Positions 56,446 through 64,000 of a stretch of 64,000 bases of DNA are shown here, in pieces. The stretch's first letter is position 1; every line of letters begins with the position of its first letter. A program made the translations under genes and the position numbers. The stretch is from Eledone cirrhosa (taxonomy: Eukaryota), in the NCBI GenBank assembly GCA_964016885.1, contig OZ024747.1:45880001-45944000 (forward strand), given 5' to 3'. Below the pieces are notes generated by a model. The model saw nothing but the letters and a program-made list of their open reading frames with translations. It was not told the origin of the DNA and searched no databases.

Positions 56446-58434
56446 TTAAACAATACAAGCGATGATCAAAATATAAAGACAAAACACAAATCAATTTATT
56501 CCTATGCATGACATATAGAAAATCACATGATGAGGCATTGAGACCATTACGTAGATAGTTATAAAAGCTAGAAAACCAAAATAAAACATTATACACACCC
56601 TTCATCAGCAGAATCTTAAAAACGCAATTGACAAAACTATATTGTCTGTGATCAGCTATATGATACAGCAATACGTCTGGCTAAGTTCTAAGATGAAGTC
56701 CCACCAAGATCTCCCTTAACTTTCATCCTTCCATGGTCGCTTGGATGTTCTGCTGAATCAAGGATGAGATAACCGAGAAGGTGAATGTGTCCACTCACGA
56801 CTGTATGTGCTCCTAAAACCCTTGGCGAAAGCATGGTATATACTACACCATGATACTCAATTGCAAATGGCGGTTGTAGTTTATTTTGTTGTTACTTCAG
56901 GTTGATTCTTGCTTAACAGAAACCATTACAAGCAGTGGTTAATAATAACTAATTCTAGAAATCAATTAATATTATGAGACAGTATAAGTAGATGTGATTG
57001 ATGTATCATTTATAATTAAGACAGGAATTAGAAAAGATACTCGTACATATACATCTGTCTGTCACTCTTTTTTTCTATCGTTTAAACTATTTATGTCTCC
57101 AGTCCACTTTTAGAGAAAAGATACAAATGTTATGATGTCCATGCATTTGCTAGGACGTATGAAGCACAAGTAAAATATCATTAATGGAAACTTGAACACG
57201 CCACAATTTAGCCTAATTAATCAGAAGCAACAGAAGTATCCAAGTTTACTGAGATCAGTAAATAAACAGCAACAGCAACAGAGATTCTAATGGTTGCTAA
57301 CATTTTAATGTCAATAGAAATGTCCTTTGGTTTTGAAAATTCGGGTCAACGTTGTCATATCCTTTCTGCTTTCATACGATAAACATCAACTCTAGGTCAG
57401 GTTATTCCCATGCACATTTGTTTACATACATCAATGTGAGAATTAATTATAGCTAACATTATTATTTTTATTATTAGCAGCGCTGACGACGAAATATATT
57501 TATTTGATTCAGCAAAATGAACTTCAGAGGATTATTTTTTCCCCAGTAGAACATGTACTGATTAATCATCATTTTCGTTATGTTTATTCAAAAGGGAACA
57601 TTTTTTTTCTATTTCCCAACATTTCTTGGTCTTTCAATTATCACATGTTCAAATGAAATGTAAACTCCAGAAGATATGAAAATAAAATAAAAATAAAACA
57701 TTAAATAAATATTTGTAATAAAAAAGCTAAACAAAGACAAGCAGGGAAACAAGCAAATGAACAAACTCATAAGCAAACAATCAGCTAGACTGACAGCGGG
57801 CCTTTTGTGAAATATCAGCTTAATTGCAGAAAATGTCTAAGGTGAAGATAAACTTTGTTAAACAGCTTAGCAGCTTAAAGTGAAACACTCACTAATTGGC
57901 ACATGAATGAGGGGAGGGAATAACACTTTTATTTTCTTCAAAAGTAAAATATAAATTTTAGAAATAAGAAAAAATATAAAATGCATTAATAATATACATT
58001 GTTTACTTAGATTTTCAGGTAAATGTAAAGATGTCGATAATTTTTGAGTTTTGTGTTATTTAAACATCGAAACTAAACAAATAAACTCAATAAAGAAACA
58101 CATAATTTGAAGGATTTCAAAATATATATTTGTCATAACAGAATAAACAATATTAATTGGTCGATTTGAATTTTGAAGAAGTAATTTTTTTTTATTTTGT
58201 TAACTAGTGTAGAAAACTATGTGTGCAGTGGCACATTGTATGATAACAAGACTGAACAAATCGACGGGGCATTAGATTATCATCAGTTATTGTTGCTAAG
58301 GCTTTGGTCAGCTCAGGTTGAAATTCCTTTTATTCTCCAATTAGACGAACCAATGAGCACTTTTATGTACATACATATATAGATACATACATATATATGC
58401 AAGTGTATATGTATGTATGTATGTATGTTATGTC

Positions 58435-59320
58435 ATGCTACTGGTAACATGTAACCCAGTACAACCTATAGTATCGACAGGTCGTCGGCAGACTAAACCG
58501 GCAACCCCACCAAGATTGCTTGGTGAGGAGGATGATATTCGAACACCTTGCGGAATGAAATACAAGACCCGGTAAAGAGCGGAGAAACTCAGCAGAGTCG
58601 ATGGCCATCCAAATAGTATTATGTTTTCTCACCTTGGAGTGAAAGGCCCCCAGTTGTTGTCGCAACATCTTTCTAAGAGAGAACAATTCTGAAAAAAAAC
58701 CTGTGGCTTCGGAATCATCCGATGATGTTGACCAGTTTTCCTTTTAGGGTAGTGTTTTCGATGCTCAGAGAGTGGGATTGGTCGAGTGCAAGGCCTTTCT
58801 CCACTTAAAAAAACTTCAAAGCACAGGCATTGCTTGTTCAGGTTCTGTTACAGGTTCGTGTGGCTGGCCGTAGCCTAAAACTGCACTAGTTTCTATAATC
58901 TGACAAGCGATTGCAATACTCATAGCAGAGTTTACAGCCATCATGTATGTATGTATGTTTTGTATGTATGTATATATGTTGTTTTTTGTGGAGCGAGAAA
59001 ATCCTAGTCTTCATTAAAACATCTCTTTAGGTGAGGGTCACTCTGATATAAAACCTGCGACTTCGTTTGTATCCAATGGTAGACCAGTGTACACCAGTTA
59101 TTATCTTTTGGGGAAATGTTCAGAGAGTGGGACTGGCGCTGTGCAAAGCCTTTCTTCGATTAAAAAGCATCAAGCACAATATTCGACATCTTTTGCGATG
59201 CGTAGCATTGCTGGCCATAGGCAAGTCCCTAGCAGGAATAAAAAGCAGCGTCCGTGATGCACATGCTTAAATATCAAGTGATAACATTGCTCAAAATCAA
59301 GTTGTACCCATCTTGCATAT
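58435..59320. mobile_element. (TATG)n-associated dispersed repeat; related pieces at 60245-60440 and 61780-61990, inverted
   Basis: 58435-58620 resembles the reverse complement of 60245-60425. AGAGAGTGGGA(T/C)TGG..TG(T)GCA occurs at about 58767, 59122 and inverted at about 61830. Confidence 0.55.
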
Positions 59321-59344
59321 ATGTATTTATGTATGAATGCATGT

Positions 59345-59820
59345 ATGTATGTTCTTCTGGTTTTATAATTTCACAAAGTGTTACCAATAGAGAGAGAGTC
59401 GGTTTCTAACATAGACACAAGACTCTCTCGTTGGAATTTACACAGCATCAACTAGGTAGATATGTATGTATGCATGCATGTGTAGATATGGATGTTATTG
59501 TATGTGTGGATGTGGATGTTTTGAGTTGCATGTGTGCATGTGTATATGCTTTGTATCTATACATGTGTATATGCAGTTATTAGATGCACATTTTTTGGAA
59601 TGTTTTACATATTTTTACTGTTCCATTAATGGATTGTACTTGTAATTTCCTAACTAGTTGTGTTCTTTCTGTTCCTGTGAAGCCCAGATTCTCACGATTT
59701 GTATTGAGGCAGTTACTAACATACCCCAGTGCCCCAATAATCACAGGCATAAATCTGAAGGTGTAATCAGGCTGGAGTATCTGCAGATTTCTCATCAGTT
59801 CTGCATAAATATTTGTAATG
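59345..59820 (-). mobile_element. RLE (R2/R4-like) LINE 3' stub in (TACA)n
   Basis: YAELMRNLQILQPDYTFRFMPVIIGALG...INGTVKICKTF is a typical RLE C-terminus. Confidence 0.7.
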
Positions 59821-60097
59821 TATATATGTACGTATGTATGTATGTATGTATGTATGTATGTATGTATGTATGTATGTATGTATGTATACTGTAACAGCAG
59901 CTCGGGCCACCACACGTGTAGATGAGTCGCAATGATTCACTGTCTTTTTCATAAACGTAGACCAAGGACTATATTCAAAGTTACAATGTTAAAGAAAACT
60001 ATGTATAAAGAGTATTTAATTTTTTTATAAAACATTTAAAAAGGTTTTTAAAGGTTCAAAAAATGATTTAAAACGTTTTTCAAAAGTTTCTTGTCTA

Positions 60098-60175
<78 letters not shown>

Positions 60176-61307
60176 GACAAGGACAAGTGCACAATAAATC
60201 CCATACACACGTCCACACCCACACAGTATATATAGATTTACACACTATTGGATGGCCGTTGACTCTTATAAGTTCCTCCGATCTTTGTCAGGTTTAGTTA
60301 TTCGTCCCGCGGGGTGTCCAAAATCACCCTCCTCGCCGAGCGATCTTGGTAGGATTACCGGTTTAGTCGCCGATGACCCGACCATGCGACATGTTGTATT
60401 GGGTTGCATGTTATCAGTAGCCCTTAGAGCAACCTGACAAGGACCGTGAGCTGTTATAACAGTATCTTTCTAAAAGAGGGAAACTTTAAAATGAAACCTG
60501 CAATTGATGTGATTACTGGTCACCTAGCCTAGGCTTGTCACCAGACAATAATCACTGAAACTTAGAGAGTGGTGCCCGTGTAGTACAAGCGTTTGCCACT
60601 ATAATCCAATGATGTACAGATGTCTCTTTTGTGATCTTCTCATCTGTCATTTTTAAAGCTGAAAGTCCTATGGTGATGGAGGAGTGTTGACGTGTGCAAC
60701 CAGTTGGAAGCACACAGTTGCAAATCTGCAGATAAGCGGCAGTGGTCTTATCATAACATCGTTGTTGTGTCATTCTGTGACGCGGCTAACTCCGGTGAAG
60801 ACGCCTGTGTCTCAGAATAAACTACATTCATTAAGCCTTTATTTCTGTTCTTAAAAAGGTCTGAAAACATTCCTATTCTCTTTCTCAGAATAAACTACAT
60901 CCATTGAGCCTTTATGTAGACGGCAATTAACTGCTTTTTGTTATTGATTTCAGTAACTAACTGAAAACTATAATTGAGTGCAGGTGCTCTAAGAATCCTT
61001 GTAGTTCTACCAAGGAATAGAAACTCATTAAATACCCAAAGAAAAAGTGTTCTAATAATTAAAAAAGAAACAAGAGTTAGTTGGAGGCAAGAGAAAAATC
61101 AATAAAGCAGTACAGATTTGCAGGGTTACAAGAAATCTTATATTTGTGGAGTTTTTTGTTGTTATATGTAAGAGAATAATATTTATTGTGTACACATACA
61201 TAGACACACATTCATATAGGCATGTCTTTGTGTGTGTATGTGTGCGTGCACTTGTATGGTATTACTTGTATATAAATACATAGATTGATGCATTTTTATT
61301 GTCATAT

Positions 61308-61361
<54 letters not shown>

Positions 61362-61531
61362 AAAGAGAGAGAGAGAGAGAGAGAGTGAGAGAGAGAGAGA
61401 GACGGGTGCAAGATAATTGCCTCCGTAGGTGGTATGCCTGGTGAGCACTCGATGCTCTAGCAGAGCAGAGTATAGTAGTATAAGAATAAAGGAACAAAGA
61501 ATCAGTGTCGCATCATAACATATTTAATAAC

Positions 61532-61578
<47 letters not shown>

Positions 61579-62704
61579 GGTGGCTGCCAACTCGTTTTCG
61601 AGTACGGCCACTACTTTATATCCATGTAGGAGAACCCCTACCGATGCGCTGAACGAGTGTGACTTTTAGTCCAGCCAGCGACTTGAAAACACTAGTACAA
61701 ACACTACACTTGTGACAATTATTGACACATAGTGCTGGGCCCATGGTACCATGTGACGACAAGTGCAGAGAGATCTCCAGATATAAAGCAATGCCTGTGC
61801 CGTGAAGCTTTTATAGTGAGCAAAGGCACTGCACAAAGCCAGTCCCACTCTCTTAACCAAGATGATATTTACCAAAAAGAAGAACAAGTCAACATCATTG
61901 GATACCATCAGGGTTGCAGGTGTTATATCAGAGTTTTCCTTCTCCTAGAATTCTGCCTTGACAAAAGCTAAGGGTTCATCTCTCCCGTTATATAATACAT
62001 ACATACATACATACATACATACATACATACATACATACATACATACATACATACATACATGTGCGTGTGTATACATAAGTCGGTATTAGAAATCCAATAC
62101 GAAAGAAAAATACAATAACAGTATTAGTTTAAAGGATGATAGAACAGGGAAAATGTCTTAACATTTCGGACGATTGTCCTTTATTGGAAAAGAGCAAAAT
62201 AGAGAAAAGTGGATATACGAGACAGAGAAAAAAAAGGGAAATTGATGAGAATTTTAAAAGATAAACGGAGAAAAGGGAATAGAGGGGACACCTATGTTGC
62301 TGATAATCAACCGTCTTTAGAAAAGGAAGTCAGAAAAGGTATTTAAAGGAAGACTGAAACGTTAAATAGTTGATAAAAAGAGAAATGTATTTAGTATTGT
62401 TGAAATAAATATACATGTGTGTAAGTGTGTGTGCGCTTATTTGTGAGAGTCGAAAAAACGTTTTCGTACGTTGGAGTGTAGCATTTTTCGAGCAATTATT
62501 GTGTGGTGTTATTTTTTTAATGTGTGTTTGTGTGTGTTTGTGTGTGACATAGTTCCTGTGAGTGAGGGTCAGAGTCCAACGAAGTATTACGGACTTGTTA
62601 TGGATGGTTGTGGCCGAAGCGACGCGGTTCGGATGACATAGAATTATGAAAATCAAATCATCTGGCGTGCGGCTACGAGTGGGACTGTAAAAGGGAGGAA
62701 TTAA

Positions 62705-63605
62705 TGAAGAGATGTAGATATATGGATGGACATACATATATGACGAGATGTAAATATATGGATGGACATACATACATGGATGGACATACATATAGGACGA
62801 GATATAGATATATGGATGGAGATACATATATGAAGAGATTTAGATATATGTAAGGACATACATATATGGATGGACATACATATATGCTAAGATATAGATA
62901 TATGGATGGACATACATATATGAAGAGATGTAGATATATGGATGGACATACATATATGACGAGATCTAGATATATGGAAGGACATACACAGATGATGAGA
63001 TGTAGATATATGAAGGGACATACATATATGAAGAGATATAGATATATGGATGGACATACATATATGAAGAGATATAGATATATGGATGGACATACATATA
63101 TGAAGAGATGTAGATATATGGATGGACATACATATATGACGAGATCTAGATATATGGAAGGACATACATAGATGATGAGAAGTAGATTTATGAAGGGACA
63201 TACATATATGAAGAGATATAGATATATGGATGGACATACATATATGAAGAGATATAGATATATGGATGGACATACATATATGACGTGATGTAGATATATC
63301 GATGGACATACATATATGACGATATATAGATATATGGAAGGACATACATATATGACGAGATGTAGATATATGGAAGGACATACATATATGAAGAGATGTA
63401 GATATATGAAGGGAGATACATATATGAAGAGATGTAGATATATGGAGGGACATACATATATGATGAGATATAGATATATGGAAGGACATACATATATTAA
63501 GAGATATAGATATATGGATGGACATACATATATGACGAGATATAGATATATGGATGGACATACATATATGAAGAGATATAGATATATGAAGGGACATACA
63601 TATAT
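62705..63605. repeat. 36-bp minisatellite, about 25 units
   Basis: Unit ATGAAGAGATATAGATATATGGATGGACATACATAT. Confidence 0.9.
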
Positions 63606-64000
63606 GTATGAAGTAAATTAGCAGGCATTTTAGTATACCTGTAGTTAATTGTTTTGTCTCTCCACGCTCTGAAGTTAATTCATTCTTTTATCTTTTTATG
63701 GCTGTTTATATAGTATCAGTTCATGGCGGTGAATTATCGGAATTTTAGACGTCGGTTTTTTGTTCCGGCATTTGTAGTTTTTTCCAAATTGAAGGATGAG
63801 TATTTAAACTTTATTTTATTCAGAGTTAAGGCTCTATTGATTTTTCTCTGGATTTCTGTGGATAAATCAATGTCTTGATTTTTTTTTAATTGAGTTTGTA
63901 TTATTTTCCCACATCTTACGTTAATTATTTTTCCATTTTGACGTTATAGTCACTTATATATTATGAAATACTGTTGGCTTCACGCTCGCAATAATTTCTA

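Noticed and set aside
62866-63621. Repetitive Met/His/Tyr-rich ORFs, or a CRISPR-like 36-bp periodicity
   Set aside because: Tandem minisatellite with no unique spacers and no cas genes; stops occur in the plus frame.

Overview
AT-rich, microsatellite-dense eukaryotic DNA, inferred to be octopus/cephalopod from the SINE family and the (TA)n/(GA)n/(CA)n/(TACA)n load. No intact host gene is visible, and most ORF-track entries are translated microsatellites. Conventional content: a decayed Tx1/L1-clade LINE (35.4-40.2 kb) with two more fragments; R4/Dong-type LINEs in (TAA)n; RTE and mariner remnants; about 15 copies of a Meta/MESC-like SINE; and a young 5'-truncated Penelope-like element (RT + GIY-YIG) with ~720-bp inverted arms (49.6-52.2 kb). 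The main hidden signal is RNA structure. At least 10 distinct short inserts in (TA)n tracts carry type I hammerhead ribozyme (HHR) motifs and often fold back on themselves. A 3.06-kb array of near-identical 469-bp units (12034-15097) has one canonical-core HHR per unit, is highly self-complementary, and inverts inside an HHR core. It looks like an integrated multimer of a retrozyme/viroid-like circular RNA, plausibly mobilised by Penelope machinery. All structures were read by eye; no folding or database search was run.
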